This document shows positions 33,140 through 48,100 of a stretch of DNA of 64,000 nt, piece after piece (the stretch's first letter is position 1; each line of letters starts with the position of its first letter). A model generated the notes under the pieces. That model was not told the DNA's origin. It made no database searches and was given only the letters and a program-made list of their open reading frames with translations. The position numbers and the translations under genes are program-made. This stretch comes from a virus (lineage: Duplodnaviria; Caudoviricetes), in IMG/VR virus record IMGVR_UViG_3300042997_002652, positions 160,001-224,000 of that record. The stretch is one strand, 5' to 3'.

Positions 33140-36100
33140 TTATAAAATATCCGTATTTAAGAATTCAGCAGACACAGTTTCACTTATCTGTAATGGATCA
33201 CCGTCGACTGTATTAAATATTGCGTCATCTATTGGGTTCCAAGTTTGGTTATAATAAACATCTGACAGTCTATTCTTTGATAATAACCCAAAAACTTCAG
33301 TATAAGTTAGTATCAGTGATTGCTTTCCTGTTCCATTAACTCCTCGTTCTAAGTTACTTAATGTGTTGTTAGTTAAATCTACTGATCCAAATCTGATTTG
33401 CTCACCGTTTACATAAATCAAATTACCTTCTAAAGTAGTAATTGTTAATTGATTTCCTACATTAATGTAACTACCTGCTGTTATTTTTAATATCGGTGAT
33501 AACTCTTCTATCACAACTCGGTAATTATCGCTAGAAATAAACTCGTTTGTGCTATTGTTGTATACTGTAACGTTAGTAATTAATCTCTTATCTGCTGTTA
33601 ACCCAAAGTTGTAATTACCAGAAACTGCTGCAGGAGTGGTCACTGACTGAACAATAGTATTGGTTAAGCGAGTAACGTCATCTACATAAATTACAGTACT
33701 CAAGTCATAGATAGGTTGTGTTAACCAAGTTCTAGTACCGGTATTTGCTCTGTACACACTTGCTTCATTAATAGTATCAACAAAGTTCAAATATATTTCT
33801 TCATCAGGAGTAGCATATGGCATCATACTTGTTATGATTACTACGTCACTTGAATCTATAGAAGTTAATATACTTAAATTATTATCAGCATTTAATCTCA
33901 GGCTAGTAGAAGGTACACGTTCACCATTTACTGTTACCCATAAACGATCAGTATTTACGTGTTCCCACTGAGTTACATTCATTGACCCTGAATCATTACT
34001 AAGAGCTACTGAACTTCCACCTCGTGTAGCAGAAACAGTAAACTGTGTTGCACTAACTATCGCACGTATATAGTATGTTGTTCCCGCTACTAAACCATCT
34101 AGTACAGAACCGGTAAATATTACCGGCGTATTTACTACTAACTGACTAGTAGAAGTTACTGTAATCAAGTTAGTTGATGTAGTTGTAGCGGTAGCAATTT
34201 GAGTTACTAAGTAATAAGAATCTACTAACCAAACATATCCTTCACCTGTATAAGAAGAAATAGTAGTAATCGGGTAGTTTACAGCACCGAATGCAGGATT
34301 ATAACCTGCATATCCTGGAATCCCTGATTCGTATAAATCAAATGTTGTTGAATCAATTATCTTAGCATAGTAAGTATTGTTATTAAGTTGGATTGATCCT
34401 AACGTACCATCTATTCTTACTAAGTCATTTTCACTTAGTCCGTTAGCCGCAGCAGTTGTTACTCTAACAGCAGGTTTTCCGCCTACTGTAACTTGTATAG
34501 TACCTGTACCTAGTGTGGTTACTATTTGAGTTCCGTTTTCGTTTTTGATAGTAAACACAGTGCTACTTACAATACTATCAACAAAGTACACAGTTCCGTC
34601 AGTTGCTATCCCGCCAAACGAAATACCTTTAAATTCTACAGTAGCGTTGAGTACAAATCCTGAAGTGCTGTCTACTGTTATTTCATTAGGTACGCCCGCA
34701 GTAGTAGCAGTAGCACGAGTAACAGCTAGTGGTAATGTTATTTCATTAGATATACTTTGAATAGCGTTTACTACCGGTGCAGTTGAGATTCCGTCACCTA
34801 TAACCTGAGTATTCAAATACTGCTGTTGAGTATCATTAAACGTAGTAACTGCTATAGTACTACCATTAGTAGGTGCTGAGTTAAATATAATTTCATCTAA
34901 AGCAGGATCTATAGTATAATCACCTAATGGTGACAATCTAATACCGTCAACTTCTACAATAGCATTACCAGGATTATCACCGCCTACAAAGTTGTTTAGC
35001 GCAAATGTATCTTCTATACCATCTCCAGAAAGTATTTGTGTTTCTGGTAGCGTGTATCCATATTGTGCCGGGAATGTTTCTCCAAATATTGTATATGACA
35101 GATAATCAGTAGAGTTGTCGTACGGAGCAGCAAATACTAATTTAGCTGAAATTCCATTGCTTGCTAATCCTATAGCATAGTCGTTTGTTATGTACATTGA
35201 TCTACCACTTGCATTACCCAATACTTTTACAGAACCGCTTGGTGTTTCAGAAATAGTAAACTCGTTGCTATCTATGATAGTTTTTATATAGTATGTAGTA
35301 AGAGGATCAATATTGCTTCCTGTAAATATACCCTCACCAAACGTTACGGGAGAGTTAGCTATTAATCCATTTGTAGATACAGTTACCACTGCGTTGTTGC
35401 TTGACTTAGTTTTAACAGCAGTATTAGTATTACCTATTACTAATTTAGTTCCATTATAAGTGACAATAGGATCTGTCCAAACCAAACCACTACCTATTTC
35501 AATGTTTACTAACATTAATCCAGTAGCATCAGTTAACACATATATAGAACCTGCAACTCCGGTTATTCCGTTAATGCTATCAGAAATAGTAATAGTATTA
35601 GTTGCGGGACTAATAGATTTTACATAATACTGCTGATCTTCTACAATATTGCCAAATACTACTCCTTGGAATCTAATAGGTTCATTTATAACAAACTGTT
35701 GAACACTGTCACACAATATTCTGTTAGTCACGGATTCAGTAGCAGTAGCAAATACTTCTACTGAATATGTTTCAGGGCGTATTACACCACTGCCAGAATA
35801 TATAACACCTGAATAATTGCAGTTTAGATAAATTTCATTAAAGCCAGTATCAGTATTAAGTCTGATAGGATCAGTCTTAGAATTAGATTTAACTAGTTGA
35901 TCACCGTTACCTGTTTCGTATACATCAATTCGTAGAGTATCACTAACAGGGGTAAATGCGATAGATGTAGTTAATGTAATTATATTGTTTATCCAGTCAA
36001 TTGCATAATCAGTACCTTCATAAATCGTAGTAGACAATCCAGTAGTACCATTGATCACAGCTACAAATATTTCAGTTGGGTACTGAGCAGCACCATCAAA

Positions 36101-39100
36101 GCTATACACTGTTTGAGTTGACGATACTGGATTTAGTTCTAAAGATACTATATTATAACCAGTGTGAGCATATTCAGTAGCAGGCCAGTTTGTTCCAGGA
36201 CGTGTGTTTACTGTCATTGCAAGATTGTCAGTTACCATACCTGCAACCAATTCTTCAGGAGCGTAACCTGCTGTAAATGCATCACCTTGAATATCATAGA
36301 TTGGAGGAGCTACCACAAACAGTGTTGATACTGTCCAAGTAACACCATAATCATCAGTTAACAATACAGTGTCATTTTCTCCTACTGCAATAAACGAACC
36401 GGTTTCTTTATGAGAAATTCCTTTTAATTTTTCTGTAGTACCTGAGGCAACCGTAGTCCAAGTAATTGCATTAGTAGATGTTCTAATTGTTCCTGTGTCA
36501 CCTACCGCAATAAACACTCCATCACCGTATACTACATCATTCAGTGTTGCAGTAGTAGGATATGAATACATTCTAGTTCTAAACGGAATGCTTCCATCAG
36601 TAAGATTTAGAACTGTGCCGCCTAAGCTTGTAGATATTTCAACTTGAGTTGAAGATACGATAGTTTTTATATAATAACTAATTCCAGCAGTAATAGAACT
36701 AAAACTATCAGTGAATCTAATCACATCGTTTACAGCAAATCCAGCAGTGTTAGTTAAAATTAATTGTTCAGTAGCAGAGTTTACACTTAGTACTGTTACT
36801 TCATTTACGCCCAACCAACTTGCACCGTTTTCGCTGTAATATATAACACCATTTTCACCAACTGCTACGATATTGTTTCCGTTAGCGGCAACGCCATTAA
36901 ATCCATTAGGTGTGCTTGTGTTTACACCAGCTGATGGGATAAAGTTTACACCGGTCCAATTTATTCCGTTTGCGCTGTAGTATATTAAATTAGTATCTAC
37001 TATTTGAGTTAACCCAGTAGAATATTCAGGTACTTCACCTTTACCTACTGCAACAAATCCAGTAAATGCAGCAACGTTTACTGCACTAACTCCGTATAGT
37101 GTATTATCATACTCAGTAAACGCTAATCGTTGAGTCCAATCGTAAGTGTCGCTACTTGAAACAATACCTTCTCCTACTGCAACGAAAAGATTGTTTCTGT
37201 AAGCTACTGACTGTAATGATAGCGCAGCAATGCTTATTGGTTGAGGGCCTATTTCACTTGTAACAGTGCCTGTTGTAGTCCACACTATCCCGTCGTTACT
37301 TCTAAGTATAGGAGTAGCCGAGTTAGTGGAAGACATAACATATATGTTATTAGCTTGTATGATATCAGTTAATCCTATACCCGCATTAGTAAGTTTAGCA
37401 ACTGCCCAAGATTCGCCGGTTTCGCTGCCTAACACCGCAGAATAGTTTGGTGCACTAGCAGCAGCCAAATAATTAGTACCGTTCCAAACTACAGACGCAA
37501 CATCAATATCAGTTGGATAAAACGCTTGTGTCTGTAAAATAGTATCTAGTTCGTACTGCTGGGCAGGAGCAAAAGGATTGCCTAAATATGTACTATTAGG
37601 ATAAGTAACTCCCTCAAACAACTGAGTTAAGTCAACACCCGGCATATTCACAGTAGGCTGATAATATCCTACTACTCGGTCCATAGCGTTAAGTCTGCGG
37701 TCACCTGAATCTAGTAATTCCCACTTACCAAATATAAAGTCGTCATCATTATTACTTACAACACACACATATACTCTGTTGTTAAATTTAACAATAGACT
37801 GATTAAAGTAGAATGGTTCCGGCAATAATGCAAAACTGCCTGCTTTAGTCATTGACATTGAGCCGGTAGTATCAGTAGTAAAGTTAATAACTGATCCGCC
37901 GGGTTCAGTAGTCAGTCTTACAGTAGTTGCTGTTGGCTTATCAACGATGTAATATGTTTGTCCTAATGTAATTTGTGATGAGAAAATAGTGCCCGTAAAT
38001 ACAACAGGATCATTTACGCTAAAGTTAGCTGAACTTGTAACCGTTACTCTATCATTTGATGCTGTAATGTTTGTTGCAGTTGTAGTAGTGAATCCTACAA
38101 AATCAAATCCAATTCCGGTTACCGGTACAGTCATTAAAGGATTAGAGTAAACTTCAAACTGATTTGGAGATATTACTTTTAAGTAATATTGATCAGATGT
38201 TCCTGCTACTATACCTGAACAAATTACATCAATGATTCCTCCGTCAGTCTCATCTATAGTGTTTACCGTTAAAGTTAAATTATTAGCAGGTGTTGCTCCG
38301 CCGATATCAGCACCCGGTATAACGATAGTGTTATTAACCGCGTAACCTTCTCCTGCTGTACTTACTAATGCTCTATATCCGCCTAATATATAGCTTACAT
38401 CAAATATTGCATCAATTATGATTTCTTGAGTCATATCAAAATCACTTACTGTGTTAGATAAAGTTACATCGGATCCACCGCTACTAGCGGATACTGTTAT
38501 ATACTCTTCTCCAGTTCCTAACATTGATCCTGAATCATTTGTAAGTATTTTTACACTTCCTCCGTCAGTATCAGATATAGTGAATCTAATTCCATCAATA
38601 TTGATACTTTCTACAAAATATTCTACTCCTATTGTAATACCACCTAGTCCTTGACCTGAGAATATGATAGGCATGCCTACATATAATGACTCAGTAGTAT
38701 CACAGGTTATTAAATTACTTGATGATGTACTAATAGCATCTATTTCTACTATACCGTAATCAGTTATGTAATATGTAGTTGCTGCTGTTAGTCCGCCTAT
38801 AGTAGTATCAAATTGTACTGGCATATTAACATAAAAATCGTCGGTGTTTCCAGTAGATGAGTCAATAGTAATTCTATCTAAAGTAGCTATTGTAGCCGTC
38901 ATTGTTCTTTCAATTAACGAACTGTTTGTTCCAGAAACGTTTGGATATTGTTCAGACGTACTATACAAAGTAAACAGCTGACCATTTACTTGTCCAGGGC
39001 TTACTGGTAAAGATACATTCATTGTCATAGAACCGGTTGCAGTAGACAATGTTAATGTGTTAGCTTGACTGGTTAACAGCATACTACCTGCACCGTTAGA

Positions 39101-42100
39101 TAATACAAACACACCACCGTTAATCAAAGTAGAAATAGTCATTTGTGTTGTGTTAACTATTTCACTTACATAATATGTTGTGCCGGCAATAATGTTACCA
39201 AATGTAGTTCCAGTAAATATAATAGGATCGTTAACACTAAAATCATCAGTTGAAGAAACAGTTACTCTATTATTAGATGCAGTGGTTGCAGTTGCAGTAG
39301 TTGATAATGGATCTTGTGTTTCTGAAATAGTAAACGTTTGACTATTAATAACAGTTGTTATGTAATATACGTCATTTTCAATTACCCCACCAAACACAGG
39401 CTCAGTTACACTATACTTAGTAAAGAATACAGGCAAGTTAGTATAAAATCCTTCAGTTCCTCCTGTACCTATTAAACTCATAGGAACAGTTAACGCATTA
39501 GTACCTGCTTGGGTAGCTGTTACTTCAAGTATGCCGGGATAGTTAACAGTTAATACAGCAGTATCTACTACTTCGCCTGCTAAACATTTTAATCCAGCTG
39601 CAGGAATAGTTGCGTTAGTTAAAGTTACTGTGCCGCCACCTTCGGTTAATGATACAGTAAAGTCTGTATCATTAATAATTGTTTTAACATAATAAGTAAT
39701 ATTTTCTTGTAATCCACCAGCAACCGCACCAACAAACTTAACAGGCATGCCTTCATAGAAACCTATTGTTGATCCTGAAGCATTTGGATTAGCAGAACCA
39801 TCATCTAGAGGTATCAATCTAATTGCATTAGTAGCTAATATCGTGTTGCCTACGTTACGTTCTAATGAAGACCAAGTTAGCTGTCTATCATTGTCAACAT
39901 CTGTGATTTCAAACGCAACACCTTGAGCACTTGCTAATACTGATGAGATAGGAGGTAATACACTTTCTAATTGCATTGACGAGCTAGAAACACTTTCGCT
40001 ATTAAAATAACTACCAGCAAAGAATGATCCGTAATATGTGCCTGCTCTCCAATCTTGTACTTGTGAAGTATAAGTTGTTCTATCAAATCTTAGTGTGATA
40101 TTATTTTCTCTAATAGGAGACGCAGAAGTGATCGCAGAGGCTTTTGCTCCTAAACTAATAGTTAACTGATCATCTGTTCCGATATCAGATATTTGTATTC
40201 TGTTTGTATCATTTATAGCGTCACTGTAGTTAGAGTAAAACGCAACTATAGCAGTTGGTGTTGTTTCTAATACATTGATATAGTACCATTGATTATTAGC
40301 TAAACGACCGACCCCAGCATCACTTTGTTTAAACAGTACTAAGTCTCCGGTAGCTAAGTTAGGACCATAAACTCTTATTGTGTGTAATGTTGAGTTAATA
40401 TCAGCATTAGTAAATGATATTACTACTGAAGGATCTATTCTAATTTCAGGAAGAACCATATATCCCTGACCAGGATCTATTACGTTAATACTTAAAACTG
40501 AATCTAAACTCATTACTGCTTCAAATACTGCTTCTGTAGTAGGAGCAGGATACAAATCAAGATCAACGTATGCAGTTACTCTAGGAGGATCAACATAACC
40601 TTTTCCTCCATTTAGAACAATTACTTCAGGTAAATCAATAAAGATTTTTTCATTAGGGAAATGTTGAGAAATAGCTGTTCCGTTTAGTCCTCTTTGTAGT
40701 CCTGAAACTAAGTTAAGTGCTCTGTCAACTGAAGAGTAAGCTATTTCTTCGTTACCTATTCTAATTGTACCATTGATTGGGAATCCTTGAGCATTGTCTA
40801 CAAACATAAACGATGAACCCAAAGTCATGTAAGAAACTAATGTAGTGATCTCATAATTACTTTCACCGGTTAAGCTTACTCCCTTATTTTGAAACCATTG
40901 TGTGTATGGAGCAGTTTGCCAAATATCGTCAGTATCTACGTATTCATTATCTTGATTAGGATTAGAATATACTAATGAAGGAGTAATAAACTGATTTACT
41001 GATTTATCATACTGAGCAGGCAAATCAAAGTCTGTAATATTACCATCAAATGTGTCTATTCCTGTATACTTAAATACAAACTCTTTTACAACCACATGAT
41101 AAGGTTTAACTTCGTTAATGTATCCTGCTAAAAAGTCTTGATTATCAGTTTGAAACACTTCTATTGGTTTCAATTCTCTTATAGTATGAGCCACATCTAC
41201 TAATGAAGTTTTGTTTAACCAAGGTAAATAGTTTTGAGATTCAGTACTTTCACTTTGAATGTAGTCAAATAATAATATCAATCCTTTGTTTCTAAACAAC
41301 AATAATTCATCAATATAAATTTGTTCGTTCAATGCGCGAATGATATATCTAGTTTCTTCACTTGGATATTCATCATATGAACTAGTATCAAAGAAGTTAT
41401 CACCAAATCCAAGTCTTGCTTCAGCATAATCCCAAAGAGTCAAGTTAAATTCAATAGTTCCATTTTCTAAACCGATACGAGTCCAAATGCTGTTTCCATC
41501 ATATCTGTAAACTTCAAACTTACCGCTACCATTGTTTTCTACAGTAACAATAGTGTCTGTTGCTACAGATAAGGTAGACAGATCGGCGTACAATGGAACT
41601 TGTATAGCTGACTTAGTGTTGTTGTCGTATCCAGTTGTCCACCAGTTAATATACTGCCAGTAGTCTGGTGTATTGTAAAATTCTCCTTGAGCAAACAATA
41701 AAGATATGTCAGGTCTAATTTCACTGATCGGATACTGAGCTAATACTTCATTAGCATATGTTAAGTAATTCTTTAATGCTAGGTAACGATTGTAAAAGAA
41801 ACTTTGTCTTGGTCTAGCTAATACACCAGACTGAACTGCTTTTGGTAAGTACGGGTTAGGTACTACGCTTCCTTCTTCATCTACTCCAGCCAAACTGTCT
41901 AACAGTCTATCATAAAGACCTATAGGTTCTGCGTTGCTTCCTAATTTAGGTAGTCCAGGTAAAAAGTCATCAGCAAAATCTTCTTTAATTAATGTATATT
42001 CTGAGTGTGCTTCATCATCATTTGTACCATTAGCATACCCTATATGGAATACGCTATCATTTGCATTAATATATTCAGCACAGTTATAAAGAGCAAATGA

Positions 42101-45100
42101 ATTATCTCTTAGCGGAGCAAAAAATGCGATACCAGAATTCTTAGGATTGCTGATGTAAGATTCAAGTATTGTATCAGATAATGTTTTTCCTTCTTCTCTA
42201 AAGATTATATTTGAATTTCTTACCCAGAAATAATAAACAGGAGTAACTATATTAGAAGAATCTATTATACTAGAAACAGTATATCTAGTGCTATCTTTTG
42301 GTGTGCCGGGGCCTTGATAATCTCTAGGAGAAACATTACTTACTACCCAAGTATAAACAGCAACATCACTACCAGGAAATACTGTTCCCCAATATTTGCT
42401 GTTGTATACTAAGTCATTTTGATGGTAATTTACAAAACGAACATTAGTAGTATCAAACCATACTTTACCAACTTTTTCAGGGCCCCAAATTAACCCTGAC
42501 TGAGGATCAAAAATCTCATCACTGTTATAATTAGCAGGGTCAATTGAAGTAACATAGTTTATGTTTTGTCTTACAGATCCTAATAGTTTACCCTGTAATG
42601 GATCAATGTAATCAAGATTTATCAATGTGTTATTTGTTTCAGCACTAAAGAGTTGTGCATTCTGGATGCTATCAATGTTTACTATAGGCGCAGAATTTCT
42701 GTATATTGACCAGTCTTTAATACCTGATTCATTTTCGTAAATAGTTACTTGACCGTCTACTGAGTCTGGTAAGAAGTTAGGTGTGCCTATCATTACTACA
42801 TTGCTGTTGAAATCTAAAGCAGTGCCATAAAGTGGATTGAAACCGTATACTATGTCTTTGCTGTTTACAGACTGTGCATAAACAAACTCACCGATATTAG
42901 TTAAGTTCTCGTTATAGTTTGAAATGTAATCAAACATATAAACTGCGCCGGCATTTGGTGCAGTATCTATAAACTGTGTAGCGTTGTTGTCAAAAATAGT
43001 ATCGTTTGTAAAATCTTCGTCATCAATAAAATCAAACGTAGTACCTTCATAACGAGTAGCTACTGGTGCGCTAATCACTACAGAATCATATTCGTTGAAT
43101 TGAACTACTGATCCAAACTGAGTAGGTCCAAATTCATGCGGGCAGTTAATAACTTGTGTGTTAGTATATATTTCAATACCTAGTTCAGTTAATGTAGTGG
43201 TATCAACCGCTGTTATTATTAGTTTCTGATTAACCTGAGTTAGATCAGTATTAATAACTTGAATCATTAGTTTATTATCTACAGTAGCCGCTGCTTGAAT
43301 GTTAGTAATATTAGCAGAATTAATAGCATTAGCTACAACTGTTGCGTTTCCTATTGGCACGTTAACAAAGTATCCGTTAATTAGTAAAGGACGAACAGCA
43401 GTAACATTACATTCGTTTACTCCAGTTACTAAACCAAATTTTGCTCCAGCATTTGTAAATCTATAAACAGCACCTTCTTGGTTTTCGTCACTAATTTCAA
43501 AAGGAGATCCTATTAATATTTCAGAACCTGATTGAATAGTATCAAGTGAATAACCAAACTGAGTGCCTACTCTATTATTATAATTTGATGTAAAGGTCTG
43601 CGCGTAAGTAAACTTACTATCGCTTACTGTGATAATATCACCTGCTGTCAATGTACCTGAGTAAACGAACGTACTACCTATCACACCATAGTTGTTATCT
43701 TGAACTATTACGCCGTTTCTAGATACGTATAATGGTGAGGTTTGCACGGTAGCAGTTACGTTAGAAACAGATCCTACGGTAGATATTGCCTCAGGAGTAA
43801 TAGATGATCTTGAAGTTTTTATTGTTATATCAGATCCTGCAATACTTCTTATGTAGTAAACACTATTTCCTTGAATACCGGTACCAAGTAAACCAGTACC
43901 GCTAAAGATAATAGGATCATTAACTGCTATTCCAGATACACTGTTTAATGTGATCAAGTTTCCTGTGGCATTAGTAGCACTTACTGTTCGTGATACTGTT
44001 ATAGGTGTCCATGCTAATTGGAAAGTTTGTCCTATTGTATTAAACTGAACTTCAATATTTTGAACTGCTCTAGAAAATGCAAAAGCACTTCCCCAGTTAG
44101 CAATGTTGCCATCATAGTCTTTATCAGGAGCGCCCACTACCATCACATCACCATAGTAGTTTGTAGTAATAGACTTGCTAAACTTATCAGTTGATGATAC
44201 TAAGCTTAAAGCTACTCCGTTGATTATTGTTGACGCTTTGTAAGTGATCTGAGTTGCTGCACCGGTGCCGGTACCTACTCCTGTTGCAACAAACGTGATA
44301 CCTACTTTGCTTTCAATCGCACCAATTAATGTAAAGTCAGTAGTACCTAAGTCAGTGATAACATAAGTTTGTCCGGAAACAAAATATCCTGCATTAAGCA
44401 ATATGTTTTGTTTCTGATAAACATGTACCTTATCGTTTGCAATATCAGAAATATATAACCAATTTTGGTCTCCGGAAATAGCTAGTTCGCTACCCCAATC
44501 TGTTACTCCGCCGGGTGCAGCGATTGTTTGATAAAGAACAAAATCGTCTGACAACTGACTATCATTAATTACATATACATGAACTTCTGAAGCAGTAGTA
44601 GGTTCAGAAATTACATAAGTGTTTCCTGCATAAACGATCTTAGAACCAAATGATGTTCCGCCGGTTAGTGTTTCTACGATAAAGTAATTGTTAGCAGAAT
44701 CTTGAGCGTAACGATAAACTTCGCCTGCACTAGCATCGCTTATTAAATACCCTGCTTGATCAGTGTACGCAACTGCGCTACCAAATGTAGTGCTGTTAGT
44801 TTTTGTTACTTCATTATTATACTGATAGTTCAAACTCTTTCTATATACAGCCCAACTACCGTCAGTGCTTTCGTCTACCCATACAGTATTTTTTACAAAC
44901 TCTGTATCCAGTAGCGGTAGGTTATTAATACTAGCAGGATTGCTTACTCTTTGTGATTGGAATGTTAAACCAATACCTTGACCAGTGCTTGCAATTTCAG
45001 TAGCTACCGGTAAGTTAATAATCACTTCATTCAAGTTAACTATGTTAGCTACTATGTAATATCCGTCTACGTTTGTTGCATAGTTTATAATAGACAGAGG

Positions 45101-48100
45101 TTGCAGTCTTACTAAACCGTGAGGTTGAGCAAATGTTATTGTAGCAGTATTGTTTAGATTACTTCTTACTGCTATTACTCTACCAACAGATGTCCAAGCT
45201 AATACATCCCAGTTTCCTAGATAGTTAGCTAACCAAGCGTAGTCTCTTACATAAAAATCATTAATAAGTACAGGCTCATTATTTTTATCTCTTGCTACTG
45301 GTAACCCTGAATAGAAATAAGAAGACATTTTAACATCATCAAAGTTTACATATCCAGCATCAGGATATACTTGTGTTGGAGTAGAAGGATCAATAGTACT
45401 TAAAATATTAGGAGAGTCAATAGGTCTAGCATAATTGAACAAACTATATATAGGCACTTCTTGTTGAGAACCCGGAGTATAAACACCGTTAGTCAAGCTA
45501 ACAATTGATGGATTACCTGTTAGATATTGTTCGTTGATTTTAAAATCTACAAAGTTTTTGTTTAATAGTCCACCAAACTCACCGCTTTTAATAGCCCAGT
45601 TTTCATAGACTTCATATTCAATACCACCTTGCGGTAAGGTAGCTCCTCTAAATGCTTCTATCGCATTACGAGTACCTTTGTTTTTAATCAAGTTTTGATA
45701 AACGTTAATCTGAGTAATATCAGTTAAGTCTACTAATGCCATGTAGTCACGAGGTCTGTAACCTATCAGTGAGAATCCTAATAGGTCTGCATCGTTTTCT
45801 AAGTTAGCTTTGTTAGTGTCATAATATAACGCACTTTCATATGATCTAGTTGAAGAGTTAGGTAATAATCCTTTTTGAATTTGATCGTAATCGGTTTCTT
45901 TCCAATCTCTTTCATTGAAAATATTGCTAGGCTCAATTACTTTTAATGCAGTCCAGTATTTGTTTTTATAAAGTACAATTGATCCTTTAGTGTACTTGAC
46001 TGCTCTTGACCATTCTTTTATGTTGTCTTGATTTAATATAAATCCTGAAGCGGTAATAGTTCCGTTCCATTCAGCGGTTTTAGTTCCTCTTACATATATT
46101 CTGTTTTGTCTTAACCCAGTAATTAAATTGTATATAGTATCATTAAACAATGTAGTATTATCAAATACCACAGCATGTTCAAAGTTACTTAAATTAAACT
46201 GTCCATAAGAAACAGTGTCACCTTGATTAAGTGCGGTAACACTAAACTCAGTACCGTTTCTAAACACGCTTAAGTCTTTTGCTTGTATTGGATACAAGTT
46301 TTGATTCAATACAAAATTAGTATTTTGTACAGTAAGCGGTTGAACAATTGAACTTTCTTTGTCAATTTTCAATGTTTGAGCAGATGGATTTAATAAAAGA
46401 ATACTTCCTACTTCCCAGCCAGTTTGTGACCAGTATAAGAATTCACTGATCATTTGATCCCAGTTAACTTCTATTCCACCTAAGACATCGTTGAATATCA
46501 TACCTTGTGAAGTTAGATATGCACCGTAACTAGACAAGAACTGTGCTACTTCTTGTTCGCTATAAAACTTAGCACCATAAGGAATTAATAATTCGTTAGC
46601 AGTATAATCAACTGCAACTTTTACCTGAGCATCTTCAACTTGAATGTTATTGTATTTACCATTGTTTACTGGCTTCAATACTTTAAAGTATGCATTAGTT
46701 TGTGAATTACCAAATACAGTATAACCATCCTGTGTTATTTGTATTACAACTCCTGAGTATACAATTCTATCAAACGGTTGATTATCATAAAGAAGCAATG
46801 AATAACTTTCGTCTGGAATTAACAATGATGCGTTTCTACTGTTTGGAGTTCCTTTTTCTACATAGAACTTTAGCAAGTTTTTATCGCTATACCCAGCCAA
46901 ACGATAAATTAATCTTACATCAAGGTTATCAAGTAAGTTAGTAATATTTTCAGTAGCATTTATTCCTATTTGCTTTTCGTAATCAACTATCCAGTTAATA
47001 TAACTTGTTTTTGCAGTACCTGAACCATAGATTTCAACATCACTTATTACTAAATGACTTCTGTTGTTTACCAAGTATTGATTAAACTCTAAGTTATATT
47101 TGTAGTTGTCTACATCTACTCCCAAGTTAAAGAAGTTAGCAGGTTTCATTAATGCAAATATTCTCATCAGATCAAAAGGATATGCTGAGCTTCTACGATA
47201 GCTTAATTCAACCGGGGCATCATCACCCACTTTCCAATCTCTTTGGAATGTATTAGGGTTGTAGTTTCCTACTATTGCAACAAACGGAGAAACTAAATTA
47301 CCTGCACTGTCTACTGGAATGATATTAGTTAAGCCAGGACGAGCAACTGTTTCAACTGTAATAGGTACTCCGTCATTCCAAATTACACCCTGTTCTAAAT
47401 CATTCCAAAGAATTAAGTTATCACTAGTATAAGGCGCAGGACCATATCTTTCTGTCCACCAAGTTGGTTGATCAGTAAAACCTAACATTTCCCATGGCGT
47501 AGCATTAGGGGTTGTAGTATCATAAAAGTATTGATACACACCTCTCCAATAACCTTGCTCAATCGGTGTATTAGTTAATTTGTTAGCTGCATTGGTGTAA
47601 TTGTAAGTAAATTCATTTACTTTAGAAAAAACCTGAGTTTTGTAATTTAATCTGTTTTGCCCTACCCAGTTTAAGAAACTTTCACTATACATTTGCAAGA
47701 ATTCGCTATATGTATAGTCGGTATCTCTAAAGAATCCCGGTAGCACTTCATATGTTTGAATAGGTACAGTGCTGCTTAATTTTAAGTTGTTATAAATTCT
47801 TGTTTCAAATTCTAATAAGCCCTGATCTCTAAAGTCTTCTAGAACACCCAAATTAGTGTTATAAGATCCGTATAACTTATTATAAGAACCATCGTGTCCT
47901 TTAATAAAATATGTTGGTTGAGTATAAGCAGTGTCTAACACTACTTGAGGAGTATAAGCAGGATATAAACCTAATTTTGTTGGTGTGTTAGGAACATAAC
48001 TACCATAAGTTTGATTATATTCTTTAATAGTAATCTTGTCACCCGCAATCAAGTCTAACGTAACAGTTAGTGACGGGGCATCTTGACTTATAACATAGTC

